64,000 nt of DNA from Octopus sinensis (GCF_006345805.1 NC_043003.1:29140001-29204000); one strand, 5' to 3'; positions 10,712 through 21,994 are shown, counted from the stretch's first letter. Made by a program: numbers and translations. The notes: a model not told the origin generated them from the letters alone.

Positions 10712-10975
10712 CGTGCGTGCGTGCGTGCGCGTGCGTGTCGTGTTGCGCGTGCTGCGTGCTTGCGCGTGTGCGTGCGTGCGCGTGGCGTGCTTGCGGCGCG
10801 TGCGTGCGTGCGTGCGCGTGCGTGCGTGCGTGCGTGCGCGTGCGTGCGTGCGTGCGCGTGCGTGCGTGCGTGCGCGTGCGTGCGTGCGTGCGCGTGCGTG
10901 CGTGCGTGCGCGTGCGTGCGTGCGTGCGCGTGCGTGCGTGCGTGCGCGTGCGTGCGTGCGTGCGCGTGTGTGTGT
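10678..10975. repeat. (GT)n/(GCGT)n alternating purine-pyrimidine tract with 18-bp higher-order unit
   Basis: GCGC interruptions recur every 18 bp from about 10836 to 10965. Confidence 0.9.
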
Positions 10976-11529
10976 AGTGCATGAGATAAAAAGGGAGTAT
11001 CCACATTTCTAATTACTGTAACCACACCTCATTATATTGTGTCGTTTTTGAATTGGGAAACTCGTCATGTGAAAACACCGAAAGCCTGGTGAACAACGGG
11101 GCAAACAGCAATCATCAAGATTCTCTATTATTTTCTCTTGTCCTATTCACTTGTTCTCTTTTCCTTTCATTCTCTTGTTCTGTTCTGTACGAGAATTTTT
11201 AAGTGGATGCTTGGTTTGCTAGAATAGCAGCCAAAATTTTTCTTCTTTCTCTCTTTCTCTCTCAAATCACTTCAAGCCGCAATACTTTACGAATTTTTCC
11301 CATTGACTACACCCTTTTTAAAGAAATTTTTTCGTGTTTTCGTGAGACATTAACTATCAAATATCAAGTCACGTGTCACCTGTTACGTGTTCTATTGCAA
11401 TCAGAATTGTCTAATCTCAACTATACTTCACAATTAGTTATTCTTCAAATATTGTCCCATTTTGCTTTATTCGTTGTGTGATAAATTATTAACTCACTGA
11501 AGTATCGTAGTACACGAAAGTGTCACCAT

Positions 11530-11740
11530 ACACCTAGAGATTATCAGCGGTACACCTAGAGATTATCCACGACACTGCAACATATCATAGCACACCAAAA
11601 GATTGTCGGAGGCACACCCGGATATTATGAGTGGCACATAATGTGATACAACACACCCAGAGATTATCAGCAGCACACTAAAGTTTCCCGACTCACTCAG
11701 AGATTACCGGCCGCTCACTAAATTACCGCTCACATTGTTC
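11530..11740. repeat. Degenerate ~21-bp minisatellite
   Basis: Recurrent (G)CACAC(C)(T/C)AGAGATTATC(A)GC units. Confidence 0.55.
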
Positions 11741-11781
11741 GGAAGCATTTTCCCGGCCACTATCTAGTAATACGTACATAG

Positions 11782-11980
11782 AGGGGACAAACAAGGACAG
11801 ACAAAGGGACTAAATCGGTTACATCGACCCCAGTACGTAACTGGTACTTATTTAATCGACCCCGAAAAGATAAAAGGCAAAGTCGACCTCGGCGGAATTT
11901 GAACTCAGAACGTAACGGCAGACGAAATACTGCTAAGCATTTCGCCCGGCGTGCTAACGTTTCTGCCAGCTCGCCGCCTT
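11782..11980 (-). mobile_element. SINE family A, tail type 1
   Basis: GGGGACAAACAAGGACAGACAAAGGGA tail, core, head ending CTCGCCGCCTTA. Confidence 0.9.
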
Positions 11981-12084
11981 ATATAGTGTGCACCCTACCA
12001 TGATACCCTTTTCAAGTCTACCATTTTGTAATGAAAGTTTCCACAGTGAACCTCATCATGGATTTAGTGAGTCCATATGCGACA

Positions 12085-12320
12085 TCCAAGAGGCTTAGTG
12101 GTTAGGGTATTGAACACATGATCGTAAGATTGCGGTTTCGATTACTGCACCGAGCAACGCGTTGTATTCTTGAGCAAAACACTTCATTGTAGGTTACTCC
12201 AGTCCACTCAGCTGGTAAAAAGGACTAACCCTGCAACGGACCGGCGTCCGACCAGAGTGGTAGTGGGGTGAGGGGATATATGTGCATCGGAAACTGGGAA
12301 ACCGGCCATTTGAGATTATA
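12085..12320 (+). mobile_element. V-domain-like SINE with a different 3' region
   Basis: GGCTTAGTGGTTAGGG A-box; TTCTTGAGCAAAACACTT..CAGTCCACTCAGCTGG core; AACCCTGCAACGGACCGGCGTCC..GAAACTGGGAAACCGG 3' part. Confidence 0.65.
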
Positions 12321-12334
12321 TGAATCGGAGAATA

Positions 12335-12575
12335 TGCCATCTACGACATCAAGAGCTTGACTACTGCTATTGATTCTTGGTTTTACTTCAATGCACTTTG
12401 AATTAGCTGATGGAGCACACTTGGATAGATCTAATCATACAACTGAGAATGTGTTGTCAGTCCTCTTTGCCTTTTTAACGATGTGACTTATTGCTGATAT
12501 GTGTTCAAGGGACCCAGAGTAGCTTGAGGCTCCCTCATTTTGACACTCATATCGGTGTACTTATTGCCTATATAT
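12335..12575 (-). mobile_element. Degenerate R2/NeSL-like reverse transcriptase fragment
   Basis: Frameshifted GNKYTDMSV..YSGSLEHISAISHIVKKAKR..VV*LDL..SVLHQLIQSAL matches RT motifs of RLE-type non-LTR elements. Confidence 0.55.
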
Positions 12576-12599
12576 ATCTTGTTAATATTTTGGCGGTGA

Positions 12600-12800
12600 T
12601 GTGGGTGGCGAGCTGGTAAAATCGTTACCGCCCGGGGAAAATGCTTAACGGCATTTCGCTCATCCTAACGTTCTGAATTCAAAATCCGCCAAGGTCGACT
12701 TTGCCTTTCATCCTTTCCAGGTCGATAAGTTGATCACTGAAGTCGATGTCGTCCACTTACCCCGTCCCACGAAATTGCTGGCCTTGTGCCAACATTTGAA
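12600..12800 (+). mobile_element. SINE family A
   Basis: GGCGAGCTGGTAAAATCGTTA head, core GTCGACTTTGCCTTTCATCC, tail GGCCTTGTGCC. Confidence 0.85.
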
Positions 12801-13174
12801 ACCAATATTTTGGCAGTGATAGACTAAAAAATTTTGCCCACAACATCTAATAGATCTCTTGAAACTGGTCAATCCCTGCTGAGGTTTTTTTTTCTTTGGA
12901 GTCAAGACCTCTGTAGTAAATACCCAAGGCCTTCAAAAGTATCTAAAGCCAGAAGTCCTGATTCTTCTAAATTTTTCGTAAATGCTTTGCTACCCTCGTA
13001 TGCAGCAGTGAAGAGGCCTTGTAAGTATTTCGCATAGTGCCAGATGATCCTGGAAAGAACTCTGTCAAAGTTTTGCCACCACTGCTCTATCATTGATAAA
13101 AACAAAGTATGTGTATGTATGTATGTATGTATGTATGTATGTATGTATGTATGTATGTATGTATGTATGTATGC

Positions 13175-13205
<31 letters not shown>

Positions 13206-13284
13206 TTATGTATGGGCGTTTATTTTTATTTGTTTGCTTATAGAGGGAGAGAAGAGGATAAATAAATAAACAGGGGTTTATATA

Positions 13285-13665
13285 GGCGCAGGAGTGGCTG
13301 TGTGGTAAGTAGCTTGCTTACCAACCACATGGTTCCTGGTTCAGTACCATTGCGTGGCACCTTGAGCAAGTGTCTTCTACTATAGTCTCGGGCCGACCAA
13401 AACCGTGTGAGTGGATTTGGTAGACGGAAACTGAAAGAAGCCCATCGTGTATATATATATTTATATATTTGTATGTATATGTTTGTGTGTCTGTGTCTGT
13501 CTCCCAACATCGCTTGACAACCGATGCTGGTGTGTTTGCGTCCCCGTCAATTAGCGGTTCGGCAAGAGAGATCGATAGAATAAGTCCTGGGGTCGATTTG
13601 TTCGACTAAAGGCTGTGCTCCAGCATGGCCGCAGTCAAATGACAGGGATAGAAAGAAATAAACGA
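13285..13665 (+). mobile_element. SINE family B, near full length with internal microsatellite
   Basis: Head GGCGCAGGAGTGGCTGTGTGG, CORE-like GGCACCTTGAGCAAGTGTC, (TA) spacer, tail CCAGCATGGCCGCAGTCAAATGAC. Confidence 0.9.
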
Positions 13666-14144
13666 GCATGGAAACAATGAGCAAACAGAAGCTTGAAGGT
13701 GTGTCCAGTCGTAATACAAAGGTGTCAAAGACATAAAGTAGCCATGTACCTATACGAGGTCGATCAATCAACACACACACACACACACACATACACACGT
13801 ACATACATCCATACATGCAAAGATACAAACATGCAGTCATATAATACTATATAGGAAGTACAGGCAGGCAGACAGGGCAAAAACAGCAATAAAACATTCT
13901 GAGTTGTTTTTTCCTTTATAAATAACAGAATGAAAACTTCATATTGCTTGCTATTTCCCGTGAAACAACAATGATGTGTTTGTGCGTATGTGTGTGTATG
14001 TGTGTGTATGTGTGTGTGTGTATTTCTTTGGGAGTTTACTACTTATAAAAGAAAATCAGTTTAGTATTATGTTTTGTGATTTTTAATAGATTTATGGGTG
14101 GGAAGGACAATACAAAGAGTATGTAACAATACACCAATAAATTA

Positions 14145-14172
14145 ATAGTAGTAGTAGTAGTAGTAGTAGTAA

Positions 14173-14237
<65 letters not shown>

Positions 14238-14278
14238 ATAGTAGTAGTAGCAGCAGTAGCAGCAGCAACAGCAGCAGC

Positions 14279-14376
<98 letters not shown>

Positions 14377-14390
14377 CAGCAGCAGCAGCT
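14145..14390. repeat. Compound (TAG)n/(CAG)n microsatellite
   Basis: Direct observation. Confidence 0.95.
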
Positions 14391-14459
14391 GGCCAAGACC
14401 TTTGTATTACGACTGGACACACCTTCAAGCTTCTGTTTGCTCATTGTTTCCATATTAAT

Positions 14460-14590
14460 GGCCAAGACCGAGCATTTGAGCAAAAACACCTAAGCTCCAC
14501 GTGGCACCGGCGAGGCGGGGGCGGTAAATCCTGCTGTACTCTTTCACCACAACTTTCACTCTTTATTCCTACTTCTGCCACAAAGCAGAG
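14460..14590 (+). mobile_element. SINE family C core fragment
   Basis: AAAACACCTAAGCTCCACG..CCTGCTGTACTCTTTCACCACAACTTTC, as in 63216-63600. Confidence 0.65.
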
Positions 14591-14719
14591 GAACCATGGT
14601 GTAACCCACTATGGTGTGGTAAACTTTCAGACCCTAGTCTAGATTGCGAACCCACTGTACCCAAGGATGGTTCAGCTCTCCACCCGTTAAAAAGCCACCC
14701 TTTACGGAATGAGGATAAC

Positions 14720-14849
14720 AACGAAAAAACAGAGTACAAGACAAACAATACAAGGAATTACCTTCGAAACACGCATTGAGTCGAACCAGGGGCAGCTGAT
14801 GAAGGGGAATATTCCTTGTATTGATTGTCTTGTACTCTGTTTTTTCGTT
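14720..14849 (+). ncRNA. Hammerhead core in type II order enclosed by ~45-bp inverted repeats
   Basis: IR arm-CCTTC-GAAAC-ACGCATTGA-GTC-GAACCAGGGGCAG-CTGATGA-AGGGG-IR arm; stem I pairs poorly. Confidence 0.45.
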
Positions 14850-14930
14850 TTTAAAAAAAAGTCCGTTTCCTTGTTTGTTTTTATGTTTTCGTTTCTCGTT
14901 GTGTTCTACGTTTATTTGTGGTGTCCTGTA

Positions 14931-14971
<41 letters not shown>

Positions 14972-14974
14972 CAA

Positions 14975-15322
14975 AAGCAACCGATAGAATATAGTCGAAC
15001 AAATAGAGCCCGGGACTTATTCTTTGTAAGCCAAGTACTTGTTCTGTCAATCTTTTTTGCAAACCGCTAAGTTACGGGGACGTAAACACACCAAAGTCGG
15101 TTGTCAAGTGTTGGTGGACAACAAACACAGACGCACACAAATATATACATACATATATATGTATATACCACGGGTTTCTTTCAGTTTCTGGCTATCAAAT
15201 CCACTCACAAGGCTTTGGTCGGCCCAAGGCTATAGTAGAAGACACTTGCCAAAGTTCCACGCAGTGGGACTGAACCCGGAACCATGTGGTTGTGAAGCAA
15301 GCTTCTTGCTACACAGCCACTA
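14975..15322 (-). mobile_element. SINE family B
   Basis: Both halves present with internal (TA/CA) tract. Confidence 0.85.
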
Positions 15323-15523
15323 TGCATTTTATTTATACTTATCAGTTTATCATTAGAGGTTGCAATAGTGCCTTTTACTTGATTTGTTTTTTGTTTGGGG
15401 GGTGGGGCTTTCTTCCTCATCTCCTGCATGTATAGGCGCAGACGTAGCTATAAGATAAGGAACTTGCTTCCCACCCACGACGTTTCCGGATTCGATCCCA
15501 CAGTATGACACCGAAGCCTGTCG

Positions 15524-15575
<52 letters not shown>

Positions 15576-15581
15576 TACATA

Positions 15582-16266
15582 CAGGGGTTGGACAAAATAA
15601 TGGAAACACCTTAAAATTTCAAACAAATTTGTTATAATATGGGGTAGGACTGCTTTGGTAGTAATTACAGCTTGAATTCTACGAGGTATGGACTCGTACA
15701 AAGTTTGATTTATTTCCAAAGGAATTTTTGTCCATTCTTCAGCTAAAACAGTCTCCACTTCTTGTAGTGATTATGGTAGAGGATATTGGTGGCCAGATAA
15801 AATGTTGAACTTCACTAGAATGTTCCTCGTGCCATTCAGTAACAACTTTAGCTATGTGAATTGGTGCATTATCATCCCAAAAGATTGCGTTTCCCTCTGG
15901 AAACAGTTCCACAACCATAGGATGAATTTGATCAGATAAAATGCTTAGTCTTCACTATTAATTCTTCCATGAAGGGAAACCATTAGGCCATCCTAGTTCC
16001 AAGATATAGCCCCACCCCATATCATCACAGATCCTCCTCCATGTTTAACAGTTGGAAGAAGGAGGGTATGAGTCAAATGCTTCTTTTGGCTGTCTCCACA
16101 CGTATACTCGGCTGGTGGTCGGAAATAAGGTAAAGGATGACTCGTCCGAGAAAACAACATTCTTCCACCACTGCTCTAGGGACGAATTCTGTAGGTTTTT
16201 ACTCCACTTTAAATGCTTTGCAACGTTTGTTTTTGAAAGTAGTGGTTTTCTGATTACAGCCCTCCC
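15582..16266 (-). mobile_element. Tc1-like (DD34E) transposon, 3' part with one TIR
   Basis: TA|CAGGGGTTGGACAAAATAATGGAAACACC terminus; minus translation VVFSDESSF, KHGGGSVMIWG, DDNAPIH, WPP, YESIPRRIQAVI with frameshifts. Confidence 0.9.
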
Positions 16267-16585
16267 ATGAGCAATGCCATCACGCTTCAGGACCAGTTAC
16301 TGCAACAGCCTGGGTTTCAAGGGCCCACAGCTTTTCAATATTCTCCCAAAGAGTCTGAGGAACTTGCACAAAGTAGATGTAGGAGTTTTTAAATCAAAGC
16401 TGGACCTCTTCATGCCGAGAGTCCCAGATGAACCTACCTCACGGCAAGAGGTGCAAATGAGGGTAGCTATATCAAACCCCATTCTTCACCAAGTGCACAT
16501 ATTAGAAGAGGCTCTTAGTAATAAGAGTGTAGCAAAATGGTGGTGCATCAGCATGGCCGCAGCTCTGAGCTGAAACTAGCAAAAA

Positions 16586-16586
<1 letters not shown>
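16267..16586 (+). mobile_element. CR1/Jockey-group LINE 3' end
   Basis: KGPQLFNILPKSLRNL..FKSKLDLF..VPDEP is a typical RT C-terminus; ends in CAGCATGGCCGCAGCTCTGAGCTGAAACTAG. Confidence 0.75.
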
Positions 16587-16621
<35 letters not shown>

Positions 16622-16743
16622 GTATGTATGTATATTTGCATACATACATATATATATACATACATACACACACACATACATACATTCACTCACAAACGCA
16701 ATAAGTCAAAGACAATGAGCGTGAGACAGGCAAGCCTATAGGC

Positions 16744-16744
<1 letters not shown>

Positions 16745-16827
<83 letters not shown>
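16745..16827. repeat. (GATA)n microsatellite
   Basis: Direct observation. Confidence 0.95.
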
Positions 16828-17229
16828 GTATTATAATGATGACACGGGCTAATATAACCCGATATATTAATTATCTCTTTTAATCTTCATTAGATTATAA
16901 CTTAATGAATAAGACTTAATGAATAAAACGGGGACCTTAATTTAATCCTCGTCTTAACTCTAGTGGTGATGATGGCAATGGAATTGGTGGTGGTGGTGGT
17001 GGTGGTGGTGGTGTGTGTGTGTGTCTATGTGTGCGTTTTAAGTGGGGCTCAAATTTTAATGATATTTTAGAGTTTCAAGTTTTGAAGATCTGACTTCCGA
17101 TCTAAACAGTTGTCACGTGGCAGATAGTTATGTTCACGGTATTGTGGTCAGTGGTCGTTTTGCTATTGTGTGATGGTTGCAATAATGGTTGCTATAATTA
17201 GTTAGTAGTCTCGACGTTGGTAGTACTTA

Positions 17230-17920
17230 GTGGTAGGGACTGTAGTGGTAGTGGTGGTGGTGGTAGTGACGGAGCTGCTGCTGCTGCTACAACTGCTACT
17301 GGAGGCTGTGGCGGTGGTAGTTGTAGTGATGATGGTGGTAACGAAGGCAGTAGTGGAGGTGGTGTTGGTGCTGATTGTGTTAGTGGTGGTGGTGGTGGAG
17401 CTAGTGATGATGATGGTGTGGTGACGGTGGTGGTAGTGTAATTGATAGTGGTGATGATTTTGATAGTGATAGCGGCGGTTGATTTGGTTGTTGTGGGGGT
17501 TATTCTGGGGTAATGGTGGTGGTGGTGGTGGTGTGGTGGTGGTGGTGATGGTGATGGTTGTGGCGGCAGTGATAGTAGTGATGGTGGTGGTGGTGGTGGT
17601 CACGGTAGTTGTTATGGTTATGATGGTGGCGCTTGACTCGGTTGTGGTGGGGTGATGGTGATGATGGTGGTGGTGGCAGTGGTGGTGGAGCTGTTGGTTG
17701 GATTGGTGACGATGGCGGTAATGATGGCGGTAGTGCTGGTGGTGGTATGATGACGGCGAGAAATGTTAGTAGTTTGGTGATGGTAATGATGATGGTGATG
17801 ATGATAATGGTAATGATCATCATCATCATCATCATCATCATCATAATCATGATTCAAGGCTGGTGATGATGGTGGCAGTAGTGATGGTTGTGACGATAGC
17901 AGAGCTGATGGTGGTGATTC

Positions 17921-17969
<49 letters not shown>

Positions 17970-18490
17970 GGTAGTGGTATAGGTGTGTCTGCTCCGCCTC
18001 GCTCAAACACCAATACACCCCGCACATTATTACACTTTAACCAGACATGTTGCTGAAATAGCTGGTCGGGTGGGGATGGAAGTTGCAGGAGTGGGGTGGG
18101 TTGAATTTTTTTTTAGACTAGACGAATGTGAGTCATGTGCAGTGGTGGTGGTGCTGCTGCTACTGCTACTGCTGCTGGTGATGGTGTTGATGGTTTTGGA
18201 GGTGATGATGCTGATAGTGCTGATGGTGCTGATGCTGGTACTGGAGGTAGTTTTGGTGATGGTGGTGCTGCTGCTGGTGGTAATGGTGGTCCTGTTGGTG
18301 GTGGTACTGCTGCTGGTGATGATGCTGATGCTGATGATGCTGATGCTGATGATGCTGATGCTGATGATGCTGATGCTGATGATGCTGATGCTGATGATGC
18401 TGAAGGTGATGGTGCTGGTGCTGGTGCTGATGCTGATGATGGTGATGGTGATGGTGATGGTGACGCTGGTGCTGGTAATGGCCACGGTAA
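17230..18490. repeat. Long compound trinucleotide low-complexity region (GGT/GAT/GTA/GCT)
   Basis: About 1.3 kb of degenerate triplets; the overlapping ORFs are compositional. Confidence 0.85.
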
Positions 18491-18748
18491 GAGAGGAAAA
18501 GAAAGAAACCGAGGAAAAACTGGGTTCTGAGAAGGAGAGTAAAGAGTTATTCTGTTGTTGTACTTGTTGTAGTTGTTGTTATAGCTGTTCCTGCTGCTTT
18601 TATTGTTGTTATATCTTAACCAATGGAGACGGAGCTACTCGCGTAGCATCTTCCCCACCCCCCTCCTTTTCCGGGATCTCCAAGACAGGTACAAAGTGCT
18701 GAAGGAACAGTAATAAGTCATTGGCTTATTAATGTAGGAAACCACATA

Positions 18749-18882
18749 TCAAAGATATTGGGTTCGTCTTCGATCATAAACCTGTTCTGAAGGATTGAAA
18801 TAGAGAGGACCCCCGTTAATACCAAAAGAAAAAATACCCAAGGATCCAGTGATAGTGTTAGTAAACTGGACCAGAACGGAAT
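18749..18882 (-). CDS. Weak candidate terminal coding exon, unidentified
   Basis: Strong acceptor TTCTTTTTATTTTCAG|; frame reads SVLVQFTNTITGSLGIFSFGINGGPLYFNPSEQVYDRRRTQYL*; AATAAA at 18604-18599; no partner exon found. Confidence 0.2.
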
Positions 18883-18964
18883 CTGAAAATAAAAAGAAGT
18901 GATGGTTACGGCAAGAACGTCAGTGATCAAAAGCCTCCACGATCAGAACTGATTTAGTACTATA

Positions 18965-19205
18965 TAACTGCTCCCACTTGAGGCACAAGTCCAACAGTTT
19001 TGAAGAGAAGGTGGTTAGTCACCAACATTGGCCACTTCCGCCGCTCCCACCTACATTAATTGTACATTAGATTTTTTCGACCTCGAATGGATGAAAGGCA
19101 AACTTGATCTTTGTAAGGTTCGAACTCAGAATGTAAAAAACAGTGACTAAATACCGCAAATATTTTGTTCGACGCTCTACTGATTCTGTCTGTCCACCGT
19201 CTTGG
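18965..19205 (-). mobile_element. SINE family A, degenerate
   Basis: GGCACAAG..GGATGAAAGGCAAAC..GTTCGAACTCAGAA. Confidence 0.7.
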
Positions 19206-19234
19206 TAGTCGTTGTCGTCAGCTTTATCTTGTAT

Positions 19235-19480
19235 CTGAGAATTTTGCTTCTCCTTTATAGTGATGACGTTAATGACTCTATAGACCAATTCTTGCACAGA
19301 AGAGTCGACGGCATTGTCTGGATGGTAATGTTGGTGAAGGACGAGCTTTTCTCTCCTGTCTTTTAATTTCTTCCCTTTTTCATCTGGTGACTTCGAAACT
19401 TTTGGTTCGATGGAGGAATACCGCCCCTGGTACGGTCTCGGGCTTGTATTTCAAACGATTTAGGCCCAATTCCACGGACT
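19235..19480 (-). mobile_element. RTE-like LINE C-terminal fragment
   Basis: KPETV..TKSFEVTR*KREEIKRQERKAR..CRRLFCARIGL matches RTE ORF ends. Confidence 0.6.
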
Positions 19481-19499
19481 TGACCAAAAACTAAATAAT

Positions 19500-19680
19500 C
19501 TTTCTATTATAGGCACAAGGCCTGAAATTTGGGGGTGGGGGATAGCCGATTACTTCGACTTCAGTACTCAACAGGTACTTAGTTTATCGACCCCGAAAGG
19601 ATGAAAGGTAAAGTTGACCTCGGCGGAATTTGAACTCAGAACGTAGTGACGGGCGAAATACCAATAAGCATTTCGTCCAA
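19500..19680 (-). mobile_element. SINE family A
   Basis: Tail 2 plus core. Confidence 0.85.
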
Positions 19681-19949
19681 GGACTAAATAACGGCAACAA
19701 CAATAAGTACTTTTATCGAGTAGGGATTTTTGCATGCAACCCGGCGGAACTGGCTCTCAACACTCTATTTTCACGGTGAATGTATCGGCCACCTCGGACA
19801 CACAAAAGATCATTCTTGGAGGAGTTATGCCAGGAGTCGGCGGAATACCGTGAGAAGGACACACAACTACTAATTCGCTAATTTGCGCTATTATTAATAT
19901 GGTAGTAAGGTGGTGAGTAGGCAAAATCGTTACCACGCCAGTCAAAATA

Positions 19950-20514
19950 TTGGGTTGTCCGGAAAGTTCGTGCCGATTTTTAAAGTAAAGAAAAAGGTCA
20001 ATAAATTCTTGCCATTACATTTTTAATCAACCAAATATGAACCATTTTGTTGCATAAAGCGTCTCCATTTTTCCTTTAACTTTAAAATACCTTCTTCTCA
20101 GAAATAAGGTGGTTTCATGGTAAAGAATTCATCACGGTATCTTTTTACGTCATCCAAGGAATTGACATTTTTACTATTAAGACTATTCTGCAGAGGCCTG
20201 AATAAGTGGAAATCCGAAGGAGCAGCATCTGGTGAATGTGGAGGGTGGGGTAACACATCCCAGCCGAGCTGCAGCAATTTTTGTCTGGTTCCCAAAACAT
20301 CAAGTGCCGAAAATGAACTTTCTTATCTTCCATTTTAAAGGGTTACAGAATTAACACAGGTTATGGGAACATAAATCTTTTTCCACGAAAAGATAGCTTA
20401 AACTATGCTCTAAATGGAGGTGTAGTCAAGTCCTATTTCATAGATTCAACCATGTTCTAAATAAGTCGAAAGGTAAACTACTATAAATCGGCACGAATTT
20501 ACCGGACAACCCAA
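19950..20514 (-). mobile_element. Internally deleted mariner with both TIRs, inserted in a family A SINE head
   Basis: TA|TTGGGTTGTCCGGAAAGTTCGTGCCGATTT..AAATCGGCACGAATTTACCGGACAACCCAA|TA; MEDKKVHFRHLM joined to LPHPPHSPDAAPSDFHLF. Confidence 0.92.
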
Positions 20515-20617
20515 TATTTAGCGGCATTTTGTCCCTCTGTAAATCTTTTCAAATCATACGAACCCATACAAAGACATATGCTCTCTGACACTATTCCACA
20601 GCTCACCCGTGCTCGCA

Positions 20618-20648
<31 letters not shown>

Positions 20649-20737
20649 CTCTGTCTTTCCCCCTCTCTCTCTTTCTTTCTCCTCTCTCTCTCTCTCTCAC
20701 TCTGTCTTTTCCCCCTCTCTCTCCTTCTTTCTCTTCT

Positions 20738-20770
<33 letters not shown>

Positions 20771-21131
20771 CTCTTTCTATCTATCAATCTTCTCATGTTT
20801 TGTTCTATGTCATTCAGAACTATCGAACACTACTAAGCATACTCTGATTCCTTCAAAAAGTGTTCGAACCCACAGTGTGTTTAAGGTAATAATGAATTTG
20901 AGAATATTACGTTCCGACAAGCTGCAGAAAACATACAGAATATGTGAATATCTTAATATAAAATATATTTCTAAAACACAGTCGTGTTTTCGCATAAAAT
21001 GTTTTAAAAAAGTTTTATATATACTCTTCTCTTTTCTTTCAATTGTTTCTGTCATTAGACTGAGACCATACTGCAGCACCGCCTTGAAGTGTTTACAGTC
21101 TATCAATCGATCCCAGTACTTATTTTTATTT

Positions 21132-21709
21132 ATACATACATACATATATACATGCACACATACATACATACATGCACACACATACATACCATACATACAT
21201 ACATACATACATACATACATACATGCACACACATACATACATACATACATACATACATACATACATGCATACCTACATACATGCATACATACATACCACA
21301 TACATACATACATACATACATACATACATACATACATACATACATACATACATACATACATACATACGCACACACACACATACATACATACATACATACA
21401 TACATACATACATACATGCACACACATACATCCATGCACACACATACATACAATACATACATACATACATACATACATGCACCACATACATACATACATG
21501 CACACACATACATACATACATAATACATACTACATGCATGCATGCATACATACATACATACATACAACATACATACATACATACATACATACATACATAC
21601 ATACATACATACATACATGCATGCATGCATACTACATACATACTGCATGCATGCATACATACATCATACATACATCATACATACATACATACATACATAC
21701 ATACATACA

Positions 21710-21737
<28 letters not shown>
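21132..21737. repeat. ~600-bp (CATA)n compound microsatellite
   Basis: Direct observation. Confidence 0.95.
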
Positions 21738-21742
<5 letters not shown>

Positions 21743-21994
21743 TCTTCCACCTCTGAACTACTCTGCATTATAATCGGAAATGTAAGATCGTCTCTAATCA
21801 GATGAGGGAAGCTGAATTTAATCCAATTTTGATTGCTTCCAAGATGGCCGCATATTGTGATAAACTATATCTACCAACATTATGATGGATTTCCGATCCA
21901 CCAGAAACAGCTGTTGGACACCTTTCTTCCTACCCTTTAATTTTTCTCTGTCGTTTGTATTCTTTGTAAATTGGATCTATTAATATAAATATCT

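Noticed and set aside
17983-18702. 239-aa ORF and Asp/Ala/Gly-rich 18135-18530 ORF
   Set aside because: They arise from GAT/GCT/GGT triplet runs, several frames are open at once, and there is no splice or domain support.
18640-18882. In-frame TGA as possible selenocysteine read-through
   Set aside because: Two frames show a single stop, which is expected by chance over this length; no SECIS or selenoprotein motif seen.
20810-21805. Long ORFs (up to 298 aa) and similar YI/HT/CV-rich ORFs throughout the track
   Set aside because: They are translations of TACA, TA and GT microsatellites that lack stop codons; no domain content.
21875-21915. Half-hammerhead (stem II plus GAAACAGCTGTT)
   Set aside because: The CUGANGA half is absent, so at best this is a relic.
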